Made by a program: the position numbers and the translations under genes
Source of the DNA: Monocercomonoides exilis PA203
Taxonomy: Eukaryota; Protista; Preaxostyla
Reading direction: 5' to 3'
Length of the DNA stretch: 64,000 nt
Assembly (NCBI GenBank): GCA_001643675.2
Contig: LSRY02000004.1
Coordinates: 496,001-560,000, forward strand
Notes under the pieces: model-generated
The model's database searches: none
The model's input: the letters and a program-made list of their open reading frames with translations, nothing else
What the model was told of the DNA's origin: nothing
In this document: positions 37,101 to 45,952 of the stretch, piece after piece
Layout: each line of letters starts with the position of its first letter
Position numbering within the stretch: position 1 is the first letter of the stretch

Positions 37101-40100
37101 AGCAATATTCCAGTTGAAAGGCGAAACACTGAACTTGAGCGAATGTGTTATCACATTTGGAGTTGGTATAAGTTATGTTGGATATAACTTGATTGTTGTG
37201 GAATGTGGAGAGGCAAAAGTGACTTCACTGAGATTGGATTCTGTGAGGCTTGGAAATGAAGCGATTAAAGTGAACGGGGGCTTGTCATCTGTGGCGTTGA
37301 AAAATGTGGAGTTGAATGATATGACCTTTGAAGGAGAAATGGGATTTGCTGTTTGTGAGGGAGGGAGCACACTCACAGCAGAAAGTGTAATTGTCAGTGG
37401 GTGCGAAATGGGAGGAAGCAGCTTGATTTGGGCAGGGAGCAGTTGTATTGCGAGGATGAGGGAGTGTTCGTGGGATTCATGTAATTTTGTTGATTCTGGA
37501 GTGATAAGAGGAAGTGAAGCAAAGGAGATATCGATTTGTGGATGCAATGGGAGCAATATCCGAGTGAGTGAAGGAGATGGAGGGATGGTGAATGGAGTGT
37601 TCGGAGAAGGAGGGATGGTGGATGTGTGGAATTCGAGTGTCGAGGGGTACGTGGCAGAGAAAGGGAATGGAGGAGGGATGAGAGTGGAATTGAAAGAGGA
37701 TGCACAACTGAAGATCAGGAGTGAAGAAGAAGTGACACTGATGAAGAAATGTTCGGCTGGAATAGAAGCAACAATGAATGGAGGAGGATGTGGAGGAGGG
37801 TTGTGGGTGGGGATTGAAGGAGAGAGATATGGGTTTGATGTGAGAGGAGTGAGGTTTGAAGAGAACAGAGCAAGGAGTGGGAGGGATGTGTATGTTGTGT
37901 GTGATGATTTAAGGAGAGTTGTGAATGGAAGTCGTTTCTCGTTCAGTGGAGGGATAAGCGAGAGAGAGAATTCCCTGATTGGGAAGGACGGGCAGAAGTT
38001 TTTGAGTGAGGTTGATTTGTTCATATTCATTGAGGGATTCAGCTCGTCTGTAATTGAGGTGGAGAGTGAGAATGGAGACAATGGAATGTGGTGTGGGATG
38101 GAGAACTGTCCGTGCAGGAGTGTGGGTTATGGGATTGGGAGGCTTGGTGGAGAGGGAGAAAAGAAAATTGTGATAAGTGGGAGCACGAGTGTTGAGAAGG
38201 TGGGAGATGTGAGTGGAGTTCGGATTGAAGGGAAAGACAACATGAGAATGAAGGTGGTTGTGGAGAAAGGAATTGAAGGAGAAGGGGAAAGTGTTCTAGA
38301 TTCGAATGGGGTGAGTGTGTTTGTGAATGTTGGGTTTGAATTGCCTGGAGCCTTTGAACAGAGGAAGGATGTGGTAATAAGCTCAGGAACAGGAAGTGGT
38401 GTTTTGGAGATGGAATTGTGTTCGTTTGTGATGAAGGAAGGGGAAGAAGAGGCGATAGAATATCGAATCATCAGGAGCAGTGGACAAGCTGTGAGGATGA
38501 AGTGGATATTGATAAAAAACATCAGGACAAGAAAGTGTCTGATGGATCTTGCTCTTCTTGGAATGGAACAGAATGGAGCAGAGGGTGAAGTTGTGAGCAT
38601 CAGCAACTGCTCATTTGGGAGCCTGTCGGTTGTTGGTGGAGATGAATCAGCTGTGATATGTGGAGAGGTGAGGAAAGTGATGAAGATAGAACAGAGCAAC
38701 ATGAGTGGTATCACAGGAGGAGAGAGCATGAGTGGTGGGGCAATGAGGGTGAATATCCACGATTCAGGGATGATTCATGTGAAAGAGGGGAGGATGGAAA
38801 GATGCTCAGCAGAGAAGGTGAGTGGTGGGAAAGGAGGATGGCTGTATGTGAATTGCAGTGAAAGGAGGGGGGGAATGCCATTCAAGTTTGAGGGAGTGAA
38901 GTTTGCTGGAAATGAGGCATTTGTGGGGAAGAATATGTTCATTTTGGATTCAGATCTGAACGTGAGCGTGAGGAGTGAGACATTTGCGATTGATGTTGAA
39001 GGGATGGAAGACGATCAGAATCTGTACGTTGGAAGTGATGATAAGCGAATAAACACAGATCTGATGCGATTTGTGATTGAACACAAAAGTGAGAGGATTG
39101 TTATATGGGAAAAGGGAGATGATGTTGTTCGATGCGGGAGTGAAGAGGATCCATGTGAGACATTGGAAATGGGATTGAAGCACATTGAGAGAGGAGGAGA
39201 GAGAAAAGTGGTGAGAGTGAAGGAAAAAATAAGAGTGGAAGGGGAATATGATTTGAGTGGGATTGAAGTGGAATCAGTGGGAGCAAAATACGAAGAGATG
39301 GAATATGGAACGGTTGTATTTGGGAGTGAAGGAGAAAGTGGAACAAAAGTGTGCATTCTCAACAGTGGAATGATCAGTCTGAAAGCACTGGAAATGTGTG
39401 TGATGAATATTTTGGGAAGTGGGGATTCAGGGATGATTGTGAGTGAGGGAGAGAAAGTTGAATGGGAAGACTGCTCAATCTCATGGAAGAGAAAGAGAGA
39501 AGGGATGGGGAATGTTGCATTTTGTGTTGTGAAGAAAGGGGAGTTGGAGATGAAGAGGTTCAAAGTGCTTTCATATTTTGTGAAGAGAAGTGCATTTGTG
39601 GTGGGTGGAGAAGTTGTGAGTGTGATTGATGAATTTACAGTGATTGAAGCTGAACTGGAGAGTGGGAGTTTGTTTGAGGTTGAAGGAGAGGGAGCAAATG
39701 GAGGAGGTGAGATGAGGATGAAGAATTGCAGTATTGGATCAGTTGAAGGGAAAGGAACAGATCCTTGTGTTGTTTCGAGCAAGAGTGGAAGTGGAGTGAA
39801 GCTTGTGGTGGAAGATTCGCTGATTGAAGGGTGCAGTTGTGGGAGAAGCACAAAGGGAGGGGCGATGCTGTTTGAGTTGAATGAAGGAGGATGGTTCGAT
39901 GTTGTGAACACGAGTGTGAAGCAGTGTGGATGCTCTGTGAGCGAAGGGAAAGGAGGTGGGGTGTATCTGAAGACTGAATTGAGGGGAGAACTGGATTATG
40001 TGTTTGATGGGGTGATATTCCGAAGGAACACAGCAAGCGTTGGGAATGATGTGTTCATTGTGTGTGACTGCATTGAGAGGCAGATCAACGAAACACAGTT

Positions 40101-43100
40101 CAACATTGACTTCCGGGATGAAGAGTTCATCAGGCAGAATGCGATCTATGGGATGGATGCAGGAGATCACAAAGAGGAGGCGATGGACCTGATGAGCCTG
40201 ATTGTGAAATACCAGTCAGACACGATTGTTGTGTCGAGCAAAGAAGGGAAAGGAGGGAGGAATGAGCAGCAGTGTGGGAAGCCTTTGCTACCATGTGCGA
40301 CGATTGGGTTTGGGCTGAGACATCTGACACACGATTTCTTCACCCAGGTGTTTGTTGATGAGGAGTCAGTGATTGATGAGGAAATTGGATTGGAGACACT
40401 CACGCTGAGTGGGATGCATGAAGTGCAGAGTCGAGTGGTTGTTAAAGGGAGGATGAATTGCAGCAAAGAAATGATTGTGGAGACAAGTGGGCAGGTGTAT
40501 GTGCGATGGATGCAATTTGCCTTTGAAGAAGTTGAAACAAATCAAACACCAGTCGCACATTCATCATTCATGAAGATAAGTTCAGGAAAGACATCGATCA
40601 GCACGTGCTCATTTGAGGGAGTGAGCTCGGCTGAGAGGGAAATGGAGCAAATGCCATTCTGTTTGATATTTGTGGATAGAGGGAAATGCTCAATGGGGAA
40701 TGTGAGTGTTTCATGGCTTTCATTTGGAAGAAAAGCAGTGATATTGATAGAAGAGGACACTGAAGTGAATGGATTGACACTCAGAAACATTGAGGGAAGA
40801 AAAAATTGTTTGAAGATCAGGAGAGCTGGAAATTCGAGAATGGATAATGGATGCATGGGGAGTGCGAATGGAAAAAAAGAAGAAATGATGAACAGAGAAG
40901 AAAGTGAATTTTCATTTTCGATTTTGTCATCTTCATTTGAGAACATTACATGCGTGGATGAGAGTGCAGATGTGATTGATGTTGAGGAGATGGAAGGAAA
41001 TGTGGAGTTTTCGAACTGTTCGTTAGGTGGGTGTTCATCGAGAAGAAAGAAAGGGAAGATGATATCGCTTTTGAGGAGCAAAAACATTCAGATGAGGCAA
41101 TGCTTGTTTGATGGTGAAACAAATGAAAATCAATCGAATGAAGAAGTGGATGTGTGCAAATGGAATGGATCAGTTGTTGAGATGAAGGAGAGCTCGGGGG
41201 AGATTAAGGATACGAGTTTTGTGAACTGCTCTGATGGAGGTCTTTCTATTTGGGGAGGGAGTGCGGAGATTAACGCAGGGAATTTCACTAACAACAACCC
41301 AAACATTAAAAAATATCCATCAGCCAGGAGGAATATCATCTGTTCGGATTCAGGAATGTTGAATGTGATGGGTTTGAAAGGAGGAGATGGATTGAAGGAT
41401 AGCACATCTCTTTGGATGTTGAATGATGGGTGCAGTTTTGAAGGGATTGCTTCTGAAAGAGATTCACCATTCTTCATTCCTGTGTTGGAAAGTGTGGAAG
41501 CAAAGGAAGAGACAGATAGAATGAAGCTGATATTCAAAGGATTGCTTCTTGTTCCATGCAATCTGTCATTCTCAGTTGTGAAGAGGAAGGGAGAAGAGAA
41601 AGAGATTGAACATTATGATTTTGATTCAAATGGATTCTTGTCAGAAATAGAAGTTGAAGGAAGCGTGGCAAAAGATCTCATCAGAAGTTGTGGAAATGAA
41701 TTTGAGGTGTGTGTGTTTATTATGTTTGGAAACGCAGAATCTCCTTCATCAACAGATTCATACCTTCTGAAGAATGCAAGTATTACTCCACCAAAAGATG
41801 ATGAACGAATCTCAAAAGGAGGAAAAGAAGGAAAAATCTCATGGGTTTTGATTGTTTGTATTGTGATCGTGGTGATACTGTTAATTGTATCAATAATATT
41901 CATTGTTCGATGGAAGAAGGTGAAGAATGAAGCAGAAGATCTGAGAGAGATTGTGGAAGACACAGTGAAGAAGGATCCAAAAGCATTTGAGATGGTGACG
42001 ATGGAGATGTCGCCTGAGGAGCAGTGGAGGAGGGCAGAGAGGGAGGCAGAGAAGAAAAATGATGAGAGAATGAAGAAGAGAATATATGATACGAATATGC
42101 AACATTCTGAGTCTTCAGAGCATCTTTTGAGCGAGAGTGGCTCCACTGAATACATTTTGGGGAGAGACTCAGACAAGATTCCTGAATGGATGCTGGAGAA
42201 GGTTGACGAAAAAGAAGAGGAGGAAACAAGAAAGCGAACACCATCGCCATCCATTTCATCCACTTCAACCACAGACACTTCAGACACAGAATCCACTTTT
42301 GTTCGGAGAGAGGATTTGTGCCCCACTACTTCATCGATGTCGAATCTGGTGGATGCAATGGCATGCTCATCCCCTCACGAGAAATTGATTGTAGACTTGA
42401 GGGATTCGCTGTTCATGTTGCTTCACGGGAGGAACAAGACAAAGGAGATGGCGATTGGCACTCTGCAGGAGAGGGAGCAGACGGCTGCTCAGATCCTGTT
42501 CTGGGTGGCGAATCTTGCGCTCCACTCCTTCGACGAAATGAACAACCCGCTCCAATCGTTGGCCAACCTGAGTCCGCACATTGTTCTCTTCTCGGAACAT
42601 ATGGTGATATGCATTGTGATGCATTCAGACTTCTCTTCTGATGATTCCGATTCATCATCCATCTCTTCATCAACAATTGTGACATCTGCCAGTGATGATG
42701 ATGATGACTCTCTTCCATCATCGGCCTTTGAGGATGAAGATTGTTTCAAAAAAGAGTGCCTGAGGTGGATGGCGCCTGAGCTGCTGATGAACAAGAAGAT
42801 GGGAGCAACAAAAGAATCTGTTGCCTTTTCAATTGGGATGATGCTGTGGGAATGTTTGACACTGAAGATCCCGTTTGAGGAGTATGAGGCCGAGGTGGCA
42901 GGGCAGAAGATTGTGAATGGAGAGAGGCCAAACTTGGAAGCTGTTGAGTGTGCGAGCTGGAGCGAGCTTGTGAAGTGCTGCTGGGCAGGGCAGCCATCAG
43001 AGCGGAAGACGCTTGGAGAAGTGAAGCGAGAGTTGATTGGACATTTTCCAGCTGGAGCTGTGATGGTTACGATGTCAGATGCGATTGATCTGAGGAGGGA

Positions 43101-43164
43101 AAATGAAAGTGGAAGCGGAAGCGGAAGCGGAAGTGGAAGAAGCAATGACGGATACAGAAGCTGA
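34162..43164 (+). CDS. Giant receptor-like surface protein A (3,000 aa): beta-helix/Pmp-like repeat ectodomain, one TM helix, degenerate TKL-like kinase tail
   Basis: Repeated GGG(V/L)Y...F..N.A..G.(D/N)(V/I)F and CG....PC.(T/S) motifs. TM WVLIVCIVIVVILLIVSIIFIV followed by RWKK. Kinase C-lobe motifs RWMAPEL, FSIGMMLWECLTLKIPF and CW..PSER. Single uninterrupted ORF. Confidence 0.8.
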   Translation: MCHNAQIMNPIFAIISTCFVIIESKEHSEKETNLFDELAVLHDPQFNNNLGEQKKYQFSEICSSFQLRNSSIMIAKIIHSEYERKPMFCIKKGGRLEAIDYITSGSSKIVPFRVDGGNINLVNLTIQTLRPFVQIPRLFNSPFKNSERDGTDSITLQESSFSSFELASAPFLAPNARCLMKASGLKMTNISVASETQREMDLRARTETTIEGCSFFSVWDVIYGGILRSVNSPCALLRVTNSSFKCCFRTMNVNESGGSNMTRQPLGADETHIFTDCEWCDTGFANVGSAIYLKGNSTLECMRCSFANMKQGYDGAVDVQSAAGVKMTNCNFTNCVSGGNTGGMIIYSLNGNYHFAECIFLKCQATAHYVGGLRINQLSGVETETINKCIFDNNEAGSFCGGLLVETHKSAFCISDCKFEGNVANGTGVSDYEGGGGGIFLYSASWMETDSPPTVISFCFFSCNKVKNEEGHDVKIKNSLLKGSPFETSFSTTSAKRVFYNGSQTDYDIWLPTIKTTYARADGIEGPICGTTQASPCNSIKQAYNMIVKGSEGTVNILRSTYHSMALFIGGGDIAFKGESESECVISTELLNSHECLFTLDSGSMGLSLVTIRHNSAESSSSLLVMHTEAQKLTLKNVIISGAENGQTHSFDVSPFKVIFEKMKMENCLIEDIGLGDCSLLEEEEESGVWRGMLGNVTIQRISRMRGDGAIFSSQSERSDSWELEGTTFRNCVCKEGNGGSVAWSVGQSGTFKIGRGEGTTVIGECGAEKGSGEEKGRGGGVYLEVSSPTTVFEVVNVGFEDNRAEHGVNVFIASPQLELIPKGRYEFVSLLSEDVREVEGVGDTNKATLVIPIVCYLLDVPRSEVYVTATGADHPRCGHRFFECRSLNCPIEREEKTPTDGTTIATIKIGNEIEVGSTVVFSKMARVIEGTGNNGSLVVKGEAACNGDEEGCDGVFVVLKETRMSKIELVMPSVLEHHEAIFQLKGETLNLSECVITFGVGISYVGYNLIVVECGEAKVTSLRLDSVRLGNEAIKVNGGLSSVALKNVELNDMTFEGEMGFAVCEGGSTLTAESVIVSGCEMGGSSLIWAGSSCIARMRECSWDSCNFVDSGVIRGSEAKEISICGCNGSNIRVSEGDGGMVNGVFGEGGMVDVWNSSVEGYVAEKGNGGGMRVELKEDAQLKIRSEEEVTLMKKCSAGIEATMNGGGCGGGLWVGIEGERYGFDVRGVRFEENRARSGRDVYVVCDDLRRVVNGSRFSFSGGISERENSLIGKDGQKFLSEVDLFIFIEGFSSSVIEVESENGDNGMWCGMENCPCRSVGYGIGRLGGEGEKKIVISGSTSVEKVGDVSGVRIEGKDNMRMKVVVEKGIEGEGESVLDSNGVSVFVNVGFELPGAFEQRKDVVISSGTGSGVLEMELCSFVMKEGEEEAIEYRIIRSSGQAVRMKWILIKNIRTRKCLMDLALLGMEQNGAEGEVVSISNCSFGSLSVVGGDESAVICGEVRKVMKIEQSNMSGITGGESMSGGAMRVNIHDSGMIHVKEGRMERCSAEKVSGGKGGWLYVNCSERRGGMPFKFEGVKFAGNEAFVGKNMFILDSDLNVSVRSETFAIDVEGMEDDQNLYVGSDDKRINTDLMRFVIEHKSERIVIWEKGDDVVRCGSEEDPCETLEMGLKHIERGGERKVVRVKEKIRVEGEYDLSGIEVESVGAKYEEMEYGTVVFGSEGESGTKVCILNSGMISLKALEMCVMNILGSGDSGMIVSEGEKVEWEDCSISWKRKREGMGNVAFCVVKKGELEMKRFKVLSYFVKRSAFVVGGEVVSVIDEFTVIEAELESGSLFEVEGEGANGGGEMRMKNCSIGSVEGKGTDPCVVSSKSGSGVKLVVEDSLIEGCSCGRSTKGGAMLFELNEGGWFDVVNTSVKQCGCSVSEGKGGGVYLKTELRGELDYVFDGVIFRRNTASVGNDVFIVCDCIERQINETQFNIDFRDEEFIRQNAIYGMDAGDHKEEAMDLMSLIVKYQSDTIVVSSKEGKGGRNEQQCGKPLLPCATIGFGLRHLTHDFFTQVFVDEESVIDEEIGLETLTLSGMHEVQSRVVVKGRMNCSKEMIVETSGQVYVRWMQFAFEEVETNQTPVAHSSFMKISSGKTSISTCSFEGVSSAEREMEQMPFCLIFVDRGKCSMGNVSVSWLSFGRKAVILIEEDTEVNGLTLRNIEGRKNCLKIRRAGNSRMDNGCMGSANGKKEEMMNREESEFSFSILSSSFENITCVDESADVIDVEEMEGNVEFSNCSLGGCSSRRKKGKMISLLRSKNIQMRQCLFDGETNENQSNEEVDVCKWNGSVVEMKESSGEIKDTSFVNCSDGGLSIWGGSAEINAGNFTNNNPNIKKYPSARRNIICSDSGMLNVMGLKGGDGLKDSTSLWMLNDGCSFEGIASERDSPFFIPVLESVEAKEETDRMKLIFKGLLLVPCNLSFSVVKRKGEEKEIEHYDFDSNGFLSEIEVEGSVAKDLIRSCGNEFEVCVFIMFGNAESPSSTDSYLLKNASITPPKDDERISKGGKEGKISWVLIVCIVIVVILLIVSIIFIVRWKKVKNEAEDLREIVEDTVKKDPKAFEMVTMEMSPEEQWRRAEREAEKKNDERMKKRIYDTNMQHSESSEHLLSESGSTEYILGRDSDKIPEWMLEKVDEKEEEETRKRTPSPSISSTSTTDTSDTESTFVRREDLCPTTSSMSNLVDAMACSSPHEKLIVDLRDSLFMLLHGRNKTKEMAIGTLQEREQTAAQILFWVANLALHSFDEMNNPLQSLANLSPHIVLFSEHMVICIVMHSDFSSDDSDSSSISSSTIVTSASDDDDDSLPSSAFEDEDCFKKECLRWMAPELLMNKKMGATKESVAFSIGMMLWECLTLKIPFEEYEAEVAGQKIVNGERPNLEAVECASWSELVKCCWAGQPSERKTLGEVKRELIGHFPAGAVMVTMSDAIDLRRENESGSGSGSGSGRSNDGYRS

Positions 43165-43831
43165 AAGTTGAAGGTGAAGCTGGAACAAGAGAAGTGAAAG
43201 GACGGACGCTGGACATGGGCTGCTGAACCGATGAGTTTCCGATGAACATTTGCTGAGCTTGTTCAGAACAGATGCTATTTTGTGAGCACCCACATGGTGA
43301 GCAAAGCCGAAAGATGCTGCAAAATAGGTGGCAAGCTTCTTCTTCTTCTTCTTCTTTTCTTTTCTTTTCTTCTTTGAGAAGATATTCTTCCAAACAATTC
43401 CTTCACTGATCGATTGCAATGAAAAGAATGGTGAAGTTTGAAGAAGAAGAAAAGGGTGCAAACGGACAAGGATGAGGGTGGGATAATGCTATTGCTGCTT
43501 GTGGGGAAAAAAATATTAATTACTGTTGCTCAACAGTGGCTGCTGAGGAGAGATTTTCTTCTCACTCCTTGGCATGCATTCCTTCTGTTTTCCGTTGAGT
43601 GTGCTGCTTTTGAAATCCTGAAGATAAAGCGACACAACGAGAGGGGAGTCTGCAAATGCTATGAGAGCAATCACAATCTTTTTGCAATAGGTGAGTATTT
43701 TTATTGGCACCAGTTTTTTTATTGGCACCAAAAATTATTTTCATTATCTTCATTTCATTAAAGCTCATAAATCTGTTTCATAACATAAGTACAATAAACA
43801 AATAAAAAATAAGCTGTCGGTTAGTGTTTTT
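41765..43831 (+). repeat. Left arm of a 2,067-bp inverted repeat
   Basis: Position p mirrors 89642-p. All mirrored ORF translations are identical (e.g. 43438-43761+ vs 45881-46204-). Both ends were checked base by base, with first mismatches at 41764 and 43832. Confidence 0.95.
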
Positions 43832-45952
43832 ATTGGAATCTTTTTTTTTTTGTTGTTGTAACCTTTTATCGATTACCTTGATATATATATAATTTAATAT
43901 CAGAATCAAAGATTATTTGTGAAAACAATTGTTTTTGTTAAAATTGAATGTAAAGATGTTCCAATTTGATTTCAGGACAAAAGTTAAATTCGTTAGTGAA
44001 ATTATCGTATGAAAAAAACATGACAAATTCTTTTTTTATTCAAATTGAATAAACAAAAATTTATTAAAGCAAATGCTTCCTATGTCAAAACTTGAAATGT
44101 CTTTTGGCTGCTCATAATGGACTTTTTTTTGTGCATTTCCCAAAAAAATTGATTTGATTTATTACGATCAAAAAAAAAAGCTGAAGAGGGAAAAAGAAAA
44201 ATGCAGGCAGAAATGGCGTCGATAAACTGTCGCATTTTTGAAAATAGACTCGAGAGAATGGCGAGAATTCTAATTGACGGAAAAGCCAGGCTTGTGGATG
44301 CAACCAACTTCGGTCAATTTTCAAAAAAAACACTCATCCATGCAGTAAAGTCTGTTAAAAGTGACAGAGATGTTTCCAAAGAAGGAAGACCGTCATTGCT
44401 GCGCAAGTGAAAAAAAGGAAATTGTTACAGACGTAATTAAAATTGAAGCAAAGTGTGGAACAAACCTGACAGTGAAGAAAACAAAAGAATTGGTTTGCAA
44501 AAAATTTTTTTTCCATTTATTTGTTTCTATTTTGATTGAAAATGCGATAGAAGATGAAGATTCAGAGATTTCAGTTGATGCTTCACCAAAAAAAGAAATT
44601 TCAAAATCCGCGGCTTATTCCTTCTTGCGTAATCAACCCAAATTGAAATTACAAAAGCCAAAAATTTTGGATTCAAAACGTCTTGCAGCATCTTGTCAGG
44701 ACGTTTTGAAATTTTGGTGTGAAATGCTTGATGATTTGCATTCAAAATACAAATACAGAAGGGAGCTGGTCTTTCATGTGGATGAAACATCACTAAGATA
44801 ATCTGATAATTGCCAAAAACTTGTTGCGATATCCTCTGAATCTCTATCAGCCTATTATCTTGCTCCTTTGTGTGTGCGAAACGCGACGCTTGTGGCTGCT
44901 GTTGCCTCAGATGGATTTTCTTTGCCCTCAATTGTTCTTTGGCCAAGTTCAAATGTTCCGGAAGAGTTGTCTCCTTTACTTTCTCCTTTTCTTGATGTGT
45001 TGAGCAATACTAACGGTTGGATGAACTTTTCTTTATTCGAACGATACTCTTTGCGTGTTCTTCTTCCAGAAATATTAGAAAGAAAAAAGGATGAAATTAT
45101 CTGAAGAGAAATGTTTTCTTTTCGTTGATTCGCACAGCTCTCGTGCAAATCCAATTATTTGGAGAAAATTTATGGAATCGAATGCGGATGTCATCACATT
45201 TGTTCTTCATTCTTCACATATTACGCAACCTTTCGATAGAGGTGTTTTTGCTGTTCTTAAATTAGTTTTGAATTCATCAATCGAAATCCCTCAATCTTCA
45301 ACTGCTTCTTCCAACAGAAAGGCTTTGGCAGACATCCTTCCTCAAGCTCTGCACTCTGCATTCGCTCCATCAGTAACAAAGAATGCTTTTGATGCAAGTG
45401 ATGAATTGAATAAATCGTCAGGACAAGTTTCACGAAAATAACTTAAACACTCTTCATTTCCTTTACACACTTACACAAATCGTTTTGATTTTTTCGGAAA
45501 AAAGCTCACAATCGAAGATCACTTCGAAAAGTTGGAAGAAGATATCTTTATTCGAACAAGTGCGAAATGTTCCGAAGCCGAAGAAGAAACAGAAATTATT
45601 GAAGAAACTCTTCCATTTAAATCAAAGATGAAAAGAGTTCGTCGAAAATTTTTGCATGATGAGGTGCCTTATTTCAAAGAAAAATATTCTGCAGATCAAA
45701 GTTCAGGAATAAGTAAAATGAGAAGATTATTTGACCAAAGTTTTGTTTATTTTTGCAAAATTGACTCAGCATTTTTTGAATTTAATCACTTCAAAAAAAA
45801 TGGTGTCAACAAAAACACTAACCGACAGCTTATTTTTTATTTGTTTATTGTACTTATGTTATGAAACAGATTTATGAGCTTTAATGAAATGAAGATAATG
45901 AAAATAATTTTTGGTGCCAATAAAAAAACTGGTGCCAATAAAAATACTCACC
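43690..45952 (+). mobile_element. Pogo/Fot1-like (IS630-Tc1-mariner superfamily) DNA transposon, non-autonomous, with putative ~142-bp TIRs
   Basis: Contains a DDE_1-type transposase relic. TA lies immediately outside at 43688-89 and 45953-54. A doubled 15-mer TTTTTATTGGCACCA sits near each end, and the DNA becomes AT-rich at this point. The outer ends are inferred because the flanks are themselves inverted duplicates. Confidence 0.65.
44201..45864 (+). pseudogene. Decayed DD35D pogo-type transposase
   Basis: GRPSLL linker, FLRNQPKLKLQKPKILDSKR, VFHVDETSL (D1), TLVAAVASDG..LP, NGWMN, LFVDSHSSR (D2), SSHITQPFDRGVF (D3, 35 residues between D2 and D3). Disabled by frameshifts near 44400 and 45090 and by in-frame TAA at 44799-801 and 45439-441. 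Confidence 0.9.

Noticed and set aside
43698-43730. CRISPR-like direct repeats
   Set aside because: Only two 15-bp copies 3 bp apart, in eukaryotic DNA; better read as TIR sub-repeats.
44493-44553. Intron-like T-rich segment in the transposase
   Set aside because: It starts with GT, but the available AG acceptors do not preserve the frame; unresolvable in a decayed copy.
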